Source: an uncultured Anaerolineales bacterium (lineage in GTDB: Bacteria > Chloroflexota > Anaerolineae > UBA1429). From it: 64,000 nt of DNA. The translations under genes were made by a program, and so were the position numbers. This document shows positions 28,251-37,331 of this stretch, piece by piece; within the stretch, counting starts at the first letter, position 1; every line of letters begins with the position of its first letter. The notes beneath the pieces are model-generated. The model was not told the DNA's origin, made no database searches, and saw nothing but the letters and a program-made list of their open reading frames with translations. The stretch is taken from assembly GCA_964407215.1 (NCBI GenBank), contig CAYOUT010000016.1:4473-68472 (forward strand). The letters are read 5' to 3'.

Positions 28251-31200
28251 GAGGCTTCACTCGGTCGATGGCCATCGCAACGCTCTTGGCGCTGCTGCTC
28301 GTCGCGTTGGCGGCGTGCCGTGGCGCGTCCAAGCCGACTCCCATCGTGGGAGAGACGCCGTCCGCCCCCGGCGCGCCCGGCGCGGTGGCGCCGGCCCTCC
28401 CGCCCCAACCGCCCAGGGTGGTGCACTATGCGCCGGAGCGCGGCCAAGAGCTGAGCATCTCGGGGCCGATCGTGCTATCGTTCGACCAAGAGATGGATAC
28501 GGCCTCGGTGGAGCGGGCGTTCCACATCGAGCCCGCCGTCGGCGGCAAGTTCGCTTGGGACGACGGGCACACTCTGCGCTTTACGCCCAGCGAGGGCGGC
28601 TTTGCGCGCGACAACGCCTACCGCGTCGAGGTGGATACCTCCGCCAAGAGCGCCATCGGGCTGCCTCTCGCAGAGCCGGTGGAGGTGCGCCTGCAGACGG
28701 TGGGCTATCTCGTGCCCTCCACCCTGCTGCCGGCCCCCGAGTCGGTGGATGTGAGCACCGATTCCGCCATTATGGTGGCGTTCAACCGGCCCGTGGTGCC
28801 ACTCACGGGCATCGAGGAGCAAAAGAATCTTCCCCAGCCGCTCGCTTTCTCGCCAGCGGTGGAGGGGGACGGCGAATGGATCAACACGTCGATCTATCGC
28901 TTCACGCCGGCGATGCGCCTCTCGCCCGGAACGCACTATACCGTGAGCGTCTCCGCGGAGCTGGTGGATACCACCGGCGGCGTGATGGCCGAACCCTATA
29001 GCTGGTCGTTCACCACAGAGACGCCTCGTGTGGTGACTGTAAGCCCCGCGCACCGCAGCGTGCACGTATCGCCCCTCACCACCGTCACGTTGACGTTCAA
29101 TCAGCCGATGGACCGAGGGGCCACCGAGGCGCGCTTTACGCTGGTGAGCGAGACGGACGGCTCGCACGCAGAGGGCGGCTTGGCGTGGGAGGAGGACGCA
29201 CTCGTCTTCACCCCGGGCCAGCCCCTCGCGCCCGGGGCCACCTACAGGATCCGGCTGGAGGCGGGCTCTCCCGCGGCCCAGGGCGATGCGGACATCGCAT
29301 CCGATTTCGAGTCCACGTTCCAGGTTGCGAGAATCCCCAGTGTGTTGCACATGTCGGCCGAAGGGCGCACATCGATCGATCCCTCAGAGGAGTTGATGAT
29401 CACCTTCTCCAGCCCCATCGATACGGAGACCTTCCTGGAGGGTGTGGAGATCAACCCCGAGGCCGAGCTGTACGCGTATTGGACAGACGACGACACAAAG
29501 CTCTACCTTGGGACGACGCTCAAGCCCTCCACCGACTATACGCTCTCGCTATCGACGGACATCAAGGGGCGTTATGGCCATCGGCTGGCGGAGGACAGGA
29601 CGTTCCACTTTACCACGCACGCTTTCGACCCCTCTTTTGAGTTGAGCGTACCCTCCCAAGTGGGCGTCTATAGCACCGTCTCCGAGCCGCTGGCGTACGT
29701 GCGCACCGTCAACGTATCGCGGATCGATCTGTCGTTGCACACCATCTCGCTCAACGAGTTCGCGAGGTTCTCCGGCTACGATTGGGATGGCTGGCAACGC
29801 AAGCGCGGCGACGAGGCGTCGCTGGTGCGCCGCTGGTCGCAACCCGTCCACGCCGAGCTCAACGCCACAGACATCCAGGCCATCCCTTTGGCGTATGCGG
29901 ATGGCTCGGCGCTGGAGCCCGGCCTGTATTACCTGGAGGTGAGCGTCCCCGAGCGCGACACCATCGAAAAGCACCTGGTGGTGCTGACCGACGTCAACCT
30001 CACGCTCAAGACCACCGCGCGCGAGGTGTTGGTGTGGGCCACCGATATGGCCACCGGGCAGCCCGTGCCGGACGTCGCTCTGTCTTTCTACAACGGCTAT
30101 AGCCTGCTGTTGGCCGAGGCCACCACGGATAGCGAAGGGATCGCCATCGCCGACCTCGAGGGCCAAGTGGATGGCCTGTGGGACCCGATTACGGTGATAG
30201 GGCGGCGGGGGGATACGCTCACCGCCGTGCTGCGCCAGTGGGATCACGACCTCGAGCCGTGGGAGTACGGCCTGTACGGCGAGCCGGGCTATGAGAGATA
30301 CACGGGCTATATCTACACGGACCGAATGCTGTATCGCCCGGGCCAGACAGTGTATTGGAAGGGGATCCTGCGTGCCGATAACGACAGCCGCTACACCCTG
30401 CCGCCTCCGGGCGCGGAGGTGGAGCTGAGCGTTATAGACAGCCAGGGGCGCGAGTTGTGGCAGACCACCGAGGCGCTGAGCGATATGGGCACCGTGCACG
30501 GCGAGTTTCCGCTGGGCGAGGGCGCTGCTTTGGGCGGCTATCAGATCGTGGCGCGCTTTGGCGATCAGTATACCGGCGCAAGCTTTATGGTGGCCGAGTA
30601 TCGCAAGCCCGAGTTCCAGGTGAGCGTGGCCACGGACGGAACCGACTATATCCACGGCGACAGCATCCTGGCCTCCGCCCAAGCCGACTACTTTTTCGGG
30701 GGGCCGGTGGGCGACGCGGCCGTGCAGTGGCGCGTAACGCGGGAGCCCTTTGTGTTCGATCGGTGGCAGGGCGAGGGCTACTATAGCTTTGCGGACTATG
30801 GCGACGAGTACGCGATCTACTGGGAGCAGGGCGGAGAGCTGGTCACCGAGGGCGAGGGATCCACAGACGCCCAGGGCGGCTTTGACGTGACGATCCCAGC
30901 CGATCTGCGCGAGGTTTCCTCGAGCCAGACGTACATCGTCGAGATCTCGGTGACCGATCTGAACAACCAAGTGGTGAGCGCACGGGTTGCGGTGGTGGTG
31001 CACAAGGGCGAGTTCTACATCGGGCTGGCCCCGCTCAGCTATGTGGGCGCGGCGGGCACCGAGCAGCCTGTAAAGGTCCTCACGGTGGATACGCAAGGGG
31101 CCGAGCTCGCGAACCAGGCCCTCGAGGTTGTGTTCTACAAGCACGAATGGTTCAGCGTTCGCGAGCAGGCGGACGACGGCAGATTCTACTGGACCAACCG

Positions 31201-34132
31201 CATAGAGGACACTCCCGTGTTCAGTACCACAACGCAGACGGACGCGCACGGGCGAGCCCAAGTCTCCTTCACGCCGGAGGAGGGCGGCACATACAAAGTG
31301 CTCGCCAGCGGGGTGGACGAGCACGGGAACGAAGTGCGCTCCGCGGCGTTTATGTGGGTGAGCGGCGGTTCGTACATCAACTGGCGCCAAGAGAACAACG
31401 ACCGCATCAATCTGGTGCCCGACAAAAAAGAGTACAAGCCGGGGGAGACGGCCACCATCCTCGTGCCGTCACCGTACCAGGGCGCAACGCTCGCGCTGCT
31501 GACCATCGAGCGCGGGCACATCCTGGAGTATCGCCTGCTGGAGCTGGAGGGCAACAGCGAGCAGATCAGCCTGCCCATCACGGACGACTATTTGCCCAAC
31601 ATCTATGTCTCCATCACCCTCATCAAGGGGGTCGACGAGGACAACCCTCTGCCCAGCTTCAAGCTCGGCTATACGATGCTAGCCGTCTCCACGGAGCAAA
31701 AAGAGCTCACCGTGCGGGTGACACCGAGCCGCGAGGGAACCTATGCGCCGCGCGAGATGGTGGGTTTGAACGTGGAAACCCTCGACAGCGAGGGGCGGGG
31801 CGTGACGGCGGAGGTGTCGTTGCAGGTTGTGGACCTGGCCCTCGAGAGGTTGGCGGGGGCCGATCCACGCGACATCGTGCAGGTGTTCTACCGCGAGCGC
31901 GGCATAGGAGTGTTCACCTCGGCCACGCTGGCGGCCTCTGTAGACCGCTACAACCTGCACCTCTCGCGCGAGGGCAAGGGCGGGGGCGGCGGTGACGAGG
32001 GCACGATCCGCGAGGATTTCCCCGACACCGCATTTTGGGCGCCCGCTCTGCGCACCGACGCCAACGGCCGCGCCCGGGTCAACGTTCGGCTGCCCGACAA
32101 CCTGACGACGTGGCGTGTGACGGCCCAAGCGGTGACCTCGGAGACGCAGGTGGGCAAAGCCACGCTGGACGTGGTGAGCACGCTGGACGTTTTGATACGG
32201 CCGGTGGCGCCGCGCTTTATGGTGGTGGGCGACGAGCCGATCTTGGGGGCCGTGGTGCACAACCGCACCGACCAAAGCATGGACGCCCTCGTGACCCTCG
32301 CGACCGAGGGGGTCTCTATCGAGAACGCAGAGCAATCGGTGCGTGTGCCCGCTGGCGGCCGCGTCAAGGTGGCATGGCCGGCGGTGGTGGAACCGACGAG
32401 CGAGGCCACGCTACGGCTGAGCGTGACGGCGGGGCCGCACAGCGACGCCATGCAGCTCAGGCTGCCGGTGTATCAGCCCAGCTCGCCGGAGGTGGTGGGC
32501 ACCGCGGGCGAGGTGGAGGAGCAGGCCGTCGAGCTGGTGCGTGTGCCCCAAGGGGCAGACACCAGCGCGGGCGAGCTGACCGTGGTGCTGGAGCCGTCTA
32601 TCGCCGCGGGCCTCACCGAGAGCTTGGACTATCTGAAAGCTTATCCGTACGATTGTATCGAGCAGGCGGTGAGCCGGTTCCTGCCCAACGTCGCCACCTA
32701 TCAGGCGCTGAGCGCTCTTGGCGTGCACAACGAGCGGCTCGAGGAGAACCTGCCCCAACAGGTGCAGGTGGGCCTACAGCGCATCTACTCGGCGCAGAAC
32801 TTGGACGGCGGTTGGGGTTGGTGGCCGGACCGCGCAGCGGACCCGGCGCTGTCGGCGTATGTGATCCTGGGGTTGAGCGAGGCACAGCGCGCTGGCTTGG
32901 CCGTGGATTCGGACACGATGTCGCGCGGCATTGTCTACCTCAACGACTGGCTGGAGGTCCCCGCAGTGCAGACTCGCATCTGGCGCGATCAGCGCGCCAT
33001 GGTGCTGTACGCGCTGGCAGAGGCGGGAGAGGGCGACCTTGGGCGCACGGTGACATTGTTCGAGCAGCGCTCCGACATGTCGTTGTTCGCCAAGGCGTAC
33101 CTCGCTATGACGCTGCAGATCCTGGACCCCGATGAGCCCACGCGCCGCGATACGCTCGTCAACGAGCTGGGCGACGCGGCACTGCTCAGCGCGGCCGGCG
33201 CTCACTGGGAGGAGGCCGTGCCCGCCCGCTGGGCCATGAACACCGACACTCGCACCACCGCCTTGGTGCTTCGTGCGCTGGTGCGTTTGCAGCCGGACCA
33301 TACGCTGCTGCCCCACGCGGTGCGCTGGCTGATGGCCGCCCGCGAGAGCGGGCGCTGGGAGACTACGCAAGAAAACGCGTGGTCGATCTTGGCCCTCACC
33401 GACTATATGCTCAGCACCGGAGAGTTGCTCGCCGATTACGACTATGAAGTGCTTCTGAACGGCGTCAGCCAAGGGGTGGCCTCGGTGAGCTCCTCCAATG
33501 TGCGAGACACGCGACGGGCCGAGGTGCCGGTGAGCGCCCTGGAGCCCGGAGCGGACAGCCAGCTGGTGATCGAGCGCTCCGAGGGGCCGGGAAGGCTGTA
33601 TTATAGCGCCTTCTTGCGATACTATTTGCCGGTAGAGGGCCTCCAACCGCTCGCGCGCGGCATGGTCGTCGAGCGAGAGTACTATCTGGCGGAGGACCCG
33701 ACGCGGCCCATCCGCGAGGCTCGAATCAACGATGTCGTGCTGGTCAAACTCACGCTCGTGGCGCCGAACGACCTGTACTTCCTGGTGTTGGAAGATCCGC
33801 TGCCCGCGGGTTGCGAGGCGATAGACGCCAGCTTGGAGACGACGAGCCGGGCGTTCCAAGCGCCCCATCTCCAGCGCGACTATGGCAAGATGGCCCCCAA
33901 CGAGTGGGCTTGGCTCTGGGGGTGGGACTGGGCCGACCGCACGGAGCTGCGCGACGACAAGGTGGCGCTGTTCGCTGGGTCTCTACCCAAGGGGACCTAT
34001 ACCTACACCTACGCCATGCGCTGCACCACGCCCGGTGACTATCGTGTGATGCCAGCCAAGGGCTACGAGATGTATGCTGCGGACCGGTTCGGGCGCTCGG
34101 GCGGGTTGCAGTTCCACATCGCCGACGAGTGA
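28247..34132 (+). CDS. Bacterial alpha-2-macroglobulin family lipoprotein (MG-domain protein with thioester-like CIEQ motif)
   Basis: Start MRGFTRSMAIATLLALLLVALAAC (lipobox) at atg 28247-28249, in frame with ORF 27545..34132. Long beta-rich MG-like repeats. YPYDCIEQAVSRF thioester-region motif. C-terminal receptor-binding-like domain. The longer 27545 start is rejected because it overlaps the PBP gene. Confidence 0.85.
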   Translation: MRGFTRSMAIATLLALLLVALAACRGASKPTPIVGETPSAPGAPGAVAPALPPQPPRVVHYAPERGQELSISGPIVLSFDQEMDTASVERAFHIEPAVGGKFAWDDGHTLRFTPSEGGFARDNAYRVEVDTSAKSAIGLPLAEPVEVRLQTVGYLVPSTLLPAPESVDVSTDSAIMVAFNRPVVPLTGIEEQKNLPQPLAFSPAVEGDGEWINTSIYRFTPAMRLSPGTHYTVSVSAELVDTTGGVMAEPYSWSFTTETPRVVTVSPAHRSVHVSPLTTVTLTFNQPMDRGATEARFTLVSETDGSHAEGGLAWEEDALVFTPGQPLAPGATYRIRLEAGSPAAQGDADIASDFESTFQVARIPSVLHMSAEGRTSIDPSEELMITFSSPIDTETFLEGVEINPEAELYAYWTDDDTKLYLGTTLKPSTDYTLSLSTDIKGRYGHRLAEDRTFHFTTHAFDPSFELSVPSQVGVYSTVSEPLAYVRTVNVSRIDLSLHTISLNEFARFSGYDWDGWQRKRGDEASLVRRWSQPVHAELNATDIQAIPLAYADGSALEPGLYYLEVSVPERDTIEKHLVVLTDVNLTLKTTAREVLVWATDMATGQPVPDVALSFYNGYSLLLAEATTDSEGIAIADLEGQVDGLWDPITVIGRRGDTLTAVLRQWDHDLEPWEYGLYGEPGYERYTGYIYTDRMLYRPGQTVYWKGILRADNDSRYTLPPPGAEVELSVIDSQGRELWQTTEALSDMGTVHGEFPLGEGAALGGYQIVARFGDQYTGASFMVAEYRKPEFQVSVATDGTDYIHGDSILASAQADYFFGGPVGDAAVQWRVTREPFVFDRWQGEGYYSFADYGDEYAIYWEQGGELVTEGEGSTDAQGGFDVTIPADLREVSSSQTYIVEISVTDLNNQVVSARVAVVVHKGEFYIGLAPLSYVGAAGTEQPVKVLTVDTQGAELANQALEVVFYKHEWFSVREQADDGRFYWTNRIEDTPVFSTTTQTDAHGRAQVSFTPEEGGTYKVLASGVDEHGNEVRSAAFMWVSGGSYINWRQENNDRINLVPDKKEYKPGETATILVPSPYQGATLALLTIERGHILEYRLLELEGNSEQISLPITDDYLPNIYVSITLIKGVDEDNPLPSFKLGYTMLAVSTEQKELTVRVTPSREGTYAPREMVGLNVETLDSEGRGVTAEVSLQVVDLALERLAGADPRDIVQVFYRERGIGVFTSATLAASVDRYNLHLSREGKGGGGGDEGTIREDFPDTAFWAPALRTDANGRARVNVRLPDNLTTWRVTAQAVTSETQVGKATLDVVSTLDVLIRPVAPRFMVVGDEPILGAVVHNRTDQSMDALVTLATEGVSIENAEQSVRVPAGGRVKVAWPAVVEPTSEATLRLSVTAGPHSDAMQLRLPVYQPSSPEVVGTAGEVEEQAVELVRVPQGADTSAGELTVVLEPSIAAGLTESLDYLKAYPYDCIEQAVSRFLPNVATYQALSALGVHNERLEENLPQQVQVGLQRIYSAQNLDGGWGWWPDRAADPALSAYVILGLSEAQRAGLAVDSDTMSRGIVYLNDWLEVPAVQTRIWRDQRAMVLYALAEAGEGDLGRTVTLFEQRSDMSLFAKAYLAMTLQILDPDEPTRRDTLVNELGDAALLSAAGAHWEEAVPARWAMNTDTRTTALVLRALVRLQPDHTLLPHAVRWLMAARESGRWETTQENAWSILALTDYMLSTGELLADYDYEVLLNGVSQGVASVSSSNVRDTRRAEVPVSALEPGADSQLVIERSEGPGRLYYSAFLRYYLPVEGLQPLARGMVVEREYYLAEDPTRPIREARINDVVLVKLTLVAPNDLYFLVLEDPLPAGCEAIDASLETTSRAFQAPHLQRDYGKMAPNEWAWLWGWDWADRTELRDDKVALFAGSLPKGTYTYTYAMRCTTPGDYRVMPAKGYEMYAADRFGRSGGLQFHIADE

Positions 34133-34160
34133 GGCTGAGCTCGACGCCTAATATGTCGGC

Positions 34161-34193
34161 GGGTCGCCCCCTGTGGGGCGACCCGTCTCTTTA
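34161..34193. terminator. Bidirectional intrinsic terminator between convergent genes (GGGTCGCCCC-ctgt-GGGGCGACCC)
   Basis: Perfect 10-bp inverted repeat with a 4-nt loop at 34161-34184, followed by GTCTCTTTA. It sits between the A2M stop (34132) and the CPBP stop (34222). Confidence 0.6.
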
Positions 34194-34221
34194 TGGTGGT
34201 ACGCCGGGTTGCGCCGGCGGC

Positions 34222-34965
34222 TCACACGGGGCCGTTGACGAGCTCGGGGAAGCGCTCCAACAGGTACGCCCCCACAAGCCCCGCAGCGTTGATGATGGCG
34301 TGCAAGGCGATGCTGGGCCACAGCGACCCCGTCAGTTCGTACAGCGCCGCGAGGATCAGGCCCATGGCGAATATGGCGGGCACCACGCCGGGGATCGCGT
34401 GCACCACCGCAAAGAGGGCGGACGAGATCACGATCCCCCACACCACCCCCCACTGCCTTCGCAGGCCGGGGTACACAAATCCCCGAAAAAAGACCTCCTC
34501 GGCGAGGGGTGCCACCACGGCGCCCAAAAGCAACGCCAGCGCCAGGCCGCCCAGGTCATCCCCGAACAACGGGAGGACAGGGGGCTGCCCCGGCAACCCG
34601 AGCCTCTGCCGCACGCCCTCCCACGCCACGTTGATGGCCAACACCAGAAAGAACGAACCGATTACGAGGGCCGCCCCCAGGGGCAGCGAGAAGGGGCGCA
34701 AGCCCAGGCTGGCCCACCCCCCGCCGTGTTTGCGGGGCCCCCAGGCCCACGCGGGGGGGATCAACAGGGCCTCCAGCGCAAACACCAGCGCGACTGCCGC
34801 GCCCGCCGGCAGTGTGATGCCCGCCAAGCGCAGGCCATGGGTCACGCCCAGCGACAACGCAACACCGCCCAGTATCAGCGCCAAGGCCGCTAGGCCGCCC
34901 CTCACCAGATCGGCTGGACCCCAGCCCGCCCAGGCAAAAGATCGCGCCCCCTCATCCGAACGCAC
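34222..34965 (-). CDS. CPBP family intramembrane glutamic endopeptidase (CAAX protease/bacteriocin-processing family)
   Basis: Motifs LAEEVFFRGFVY, FAVVHA and a HAIINA-type pattern within multiple TM helices. Confidence 0.85.
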   Translation of the reverse strand: MRSDEGARSFAWAGWGPADLVRGGLAALALILGGVALSLGVTHGLRLAGITLPAGAAVALVFALEALLIPPAWAWGPRKHGGGWASLGLRPFSLPLGAALVIGSFFLVLAINVAWEGVRQRLGLPGQPPVLPLFGDDLGGLALALLLGAVVAPLAEEVFFRGFVYPGLRRQWGVVWGIVISSALFAVVHAIPGVVPAIFAMGLILAALYELTGSLWPSIALHAIINAAGLVGAYLLERFPELVNGPV

Positions 34966-35161
34966 TCGACCGCCTCCTAGCCCCCTGTGCTGCCGGGGCT
35001 CGCATCGACCTCCCCGACGCGCGCTGGAGCCCGCGTGTATGCGCCCATTCTATGCCGGATGTGCCCGGCGTCAACCGCACTCGCACACCCCCCACTGCGC
35101 AGGCGATCCGCCCCTCTCCCGCAGCGTTGACAGCCCGGAGCCCTTGCTTATACTTGAAGGT

Positions 35162-35857
35162 ATGGACGAGAGAAAGAGGATCGATCTACACACGCACTCT
35201 TTTCTGAGCGACGGGGCCCTGCTCCCCTCGGAGCTGCTGCGCCGCGCGTCAACGCTCGAGCACGCTGCAGTGGCCATCACCGACCACGTCGACGCCAGCA
35301 ACCTGGTAGACATCATCCGCAGCCTGCGCGCTCTGCTGGCGGAGCAGGCGCAGGATTTTGGAGCCAAGCTCATCGTGGGCGTGGAACTGACGCATGTGCA
35401 CCCCGCCAGCATCGATAGGCTGGCGCGCCACGCCAAAAGTGTCGGCGCTGAGGTGGTGGTGGTCCACGGAGAGACCATCGTCGAGCCGGTGGCGCCGGGC
35501 ACCAACCGCGCCGCGGTAGAATCGTCGGCCGTGGACGTGTTGGCGCATCCGGGGATGCTGACGTTGGAGGAGGCGCAAGCCGCCGCCGCGCGCGGGTGCC
35601 TCATCGAGATCACTGCGCGCAAGGGGCACAGCCTGACCAACGGCCACGTGGCGGCCGTCTGCCGCCGATCAGGCGCCAAAACGGTCCTGAACACCGATGC
35701 TCACTCTCCCTCCGATCTGGCCACTCTCGCGTTCGCGCAGGCCGTCGCCGCCGGCGCGGGTCTCGATGAGAGAGAGATCATCGAGGCCACCGTCACGAAC
35801 CCTCACGATTTCGTCTCTCGTGTGTTGGCCCGCCGTCGCCAGACGACGTGGGTCTAG
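35162..35857 (+). CDS. PHP-domain metal-dependent phosphoesterase
   Basis: MDERKRIDLHTHSFLSDG…AITDHVD… PHP motif set. Start chosen at MDER (atg 35162, in frame). The N-terminal 323 codons of ORF 34193..35857 are rejected because they are antisense to the CPBP gene. Confidence 0.8.
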   Translation: MDERKRIDLHTHSFLSDGALLPSELLRRASTLEHAAVAITDHVDASNLVDIIRSLRALLAEQAQDFGAKLIVGVELTHVHPASIDRLARHAKSVGAEVVVVHGETIVEPVAPGTNRAAVESSAVDVLAHPGMLTLEEAQAAAARGCLIEITARKGHSLTNGHVAAVCRRSGAKTVLNTDAHSPSDLATLAFAQAVAAGAGLDEREIIEATVTNPHDFVSRVLARRRQTTWV

Positions 35858-35888
35858 ATGTCAATTCACCTCCCCAAGGAGTTGCAGT

Positions 35889-37220
35889 ATGCCGTTCCCA
35901 TCCATGCCCACCCAGATCAGATGCCCACATTGCGATACGCCTTTTATCATGGAGGTGCGTAGCATTGTAGACATTGGCGAGCAGCCGGAGCTCAAGGAGC
36001 AGCTGCTCCGGGGGCAGCTCAACGTGGCCGAGTGCCCCAGCTGCCACAGCGCTGTCGCGTTGAGCGCCCCGCTGCTGTATCACGACCCCGAGAAAGAGCT
36101 GCTCGTGTCGTTCATCCCCGCCGAGATGGGGCTGACGGCCGACCAGCAAGAGCAGTACATCGGCAGCCTCGTCAAGACGGTGATGGATAGCCTGCCGCCG
36201 GAGGAGCGCAAGGGGTATTTCTTGCAGCCCAAGGCGGCCCTCACCATGGCCAGCCTGATCGACACGATCCTGGAGGCCGACGGAGTCAGCCGAGAGGAGT
36301 TGGACCAGCATCGAGCCCGTGTGCGCCTTTTGCAGACGTTGTACGATGCACTGGACGATGAAAAGACGTTCGGAGAGCTGGTTCAAGAGCACAAGAGCGA
36401 GCTTACCTACGAGTTCTTTGTGATGTTGACCAGCCTGATCGATGCGGCGGATGAGCAGACCGAGGATGACGACAATCGTCTGGCCGTGCTCCGCGAAAAG
36501 CTGCTGGAGCGCGTACAACCCACCATGCCGCAGATGGCCTCCGAGGCCGAGTCGCCCGACGAGCTCATTCGCATGTTGCAGGATGCCAACGAGGAGAGTT
36601 TTTCGGCCCTTGTGGCCATCAACCGGCCCAAGCTGGACTATGCTTTCTTTCAGGCGCTCACCAGCAGGCTAGAGGCGGCCGAGGGCGCCGGCGACGCGGA
36701 GGAGGTGGAGCGGCTGAGCAGCCTGCGCCAGCGTATTCTGGACGAGATCGACGCACAGAACCGGATGGTGCAGGACGCCGAGGACCAGGCCGGCCTCTTG
36801 ATGATGCAGATGCTCGAGGTGGACGCGGACAATCTGCGTGAGGCGTTGCGCGAACACAAGGATGAGATCGACGGCGTGTTCATCAGTGTGTTGAGCCGGT
36901 ACCAGCAGGCCGCTGCACGCCGCAACGATACGGCACGCGCCGGCAAACTCGAGGCCATCCTCCACGCGGCGCTCGGCGTTATGGAGGAGGGCTTGCCGCC
37001 GGAGGCCCGGTTGGTGAACCAGCTGGCGCGTGCCAGCTACCCCGAAGAGACCTCGACGCTGCTGGAGGAGAGCCGCGGGCTCCTCAGCGACGAGTTCCTC
37101 CAGTCGCTCGACAGGCTCATCGAGGGCCTGGCGGAGAGCGATCGCGACGCCGAGGTGGCGTCCCACCTGCGACAGGTGCGCGAGCAAGCAGCCGCCAAGA
37201 TGACCGTTCTGAGGGCATAG
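35889..37220 (+). CDS. CpXC-domain protein with long acidic alpha-helical C-terminal region
   Basis: AAGGAG RBS 9 nt before ATG 35889. N-terminus carries RCPHCDTPF…ECPSCHS, the CPxC…CPxC zinc-ribbon-like pair defining the CpXC domain. The downstream ~300 aa are Glu/Asp/Leu-rich. Confidence 0.75.
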   Translation: MPFPSMPTQIRCPHCDTPFIMEVRSIVDIGEQPELKEQLLRGQLNVAECPSCHSAVALSAPLLYHDPEKELLVSFIPAEMGLTADQQEQYIGSLVKTVMDSLPPEERKGYFLQPKAALTMASLIDTILEADGVSREELDQHRARVRLLQTLYDALDDEKTFGELVQEHKSELTYEFFVMLTSLIDAADEQTEDDDNRLAVLREKLLERVQPTMPQMASEAESPDELIRMLQDANEESFSALVAINRPKLDYAFFQALTSRLEAAEGAGDAEEVERLSSLRQRILDEIDAQNRMVQDAEDQAGLLMMQMLEVDADNLREALREHKDEIDGVFISVLSRYQQAAARRNDTARAGKLEAILHAALGVMEEGLPPEARLVNQLARASYPEETSTLLEESRGLLSDEFLQSLDRLIEGLAESDRDAEVASHLRQVREQAAAKMTVLRA

Positions 37221-37238
37221 GCGGGCGAGTGAGTATGG

Positions 37239-37280
37239 GTGCCGCATGAGCGGTGCCGCATGAGCGGTGCCGCATGAGCG
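37239..37280. repeat. Three perfect tandem copies of the 14-bp unit GTGCCGCATGAGCG
   Basis: Read directly at 37239-37252, 37253-37266 and 37267-37280, in the convergent intergenic region. An imperfect hairpin (GGCCACGGAGAG…CTCTGCGGCC) follows. Confidence 0.8.
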
Positions 37281-37331
37281 AGGCCACGGAGAGTGCTCTC
37301 TGCGGCCTCGTTGCGCGCCCAGAGATGCCCG

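Noticed and set aside
34193-35161. N-terminal 323 codons of ORF 34193..35857
   Set aside because: This stretch is antisense to the CPBP protease gene and Arg/Pro-rich. The PHP domain begins at MDERKRIDLHTHSFL (35162).
37239-37280. Possible CRISPR array
   Set aside because: There are only three 14-bp units with no spacers. They are too short and contiguous to be CRISPR, and no cas genes are in the window.
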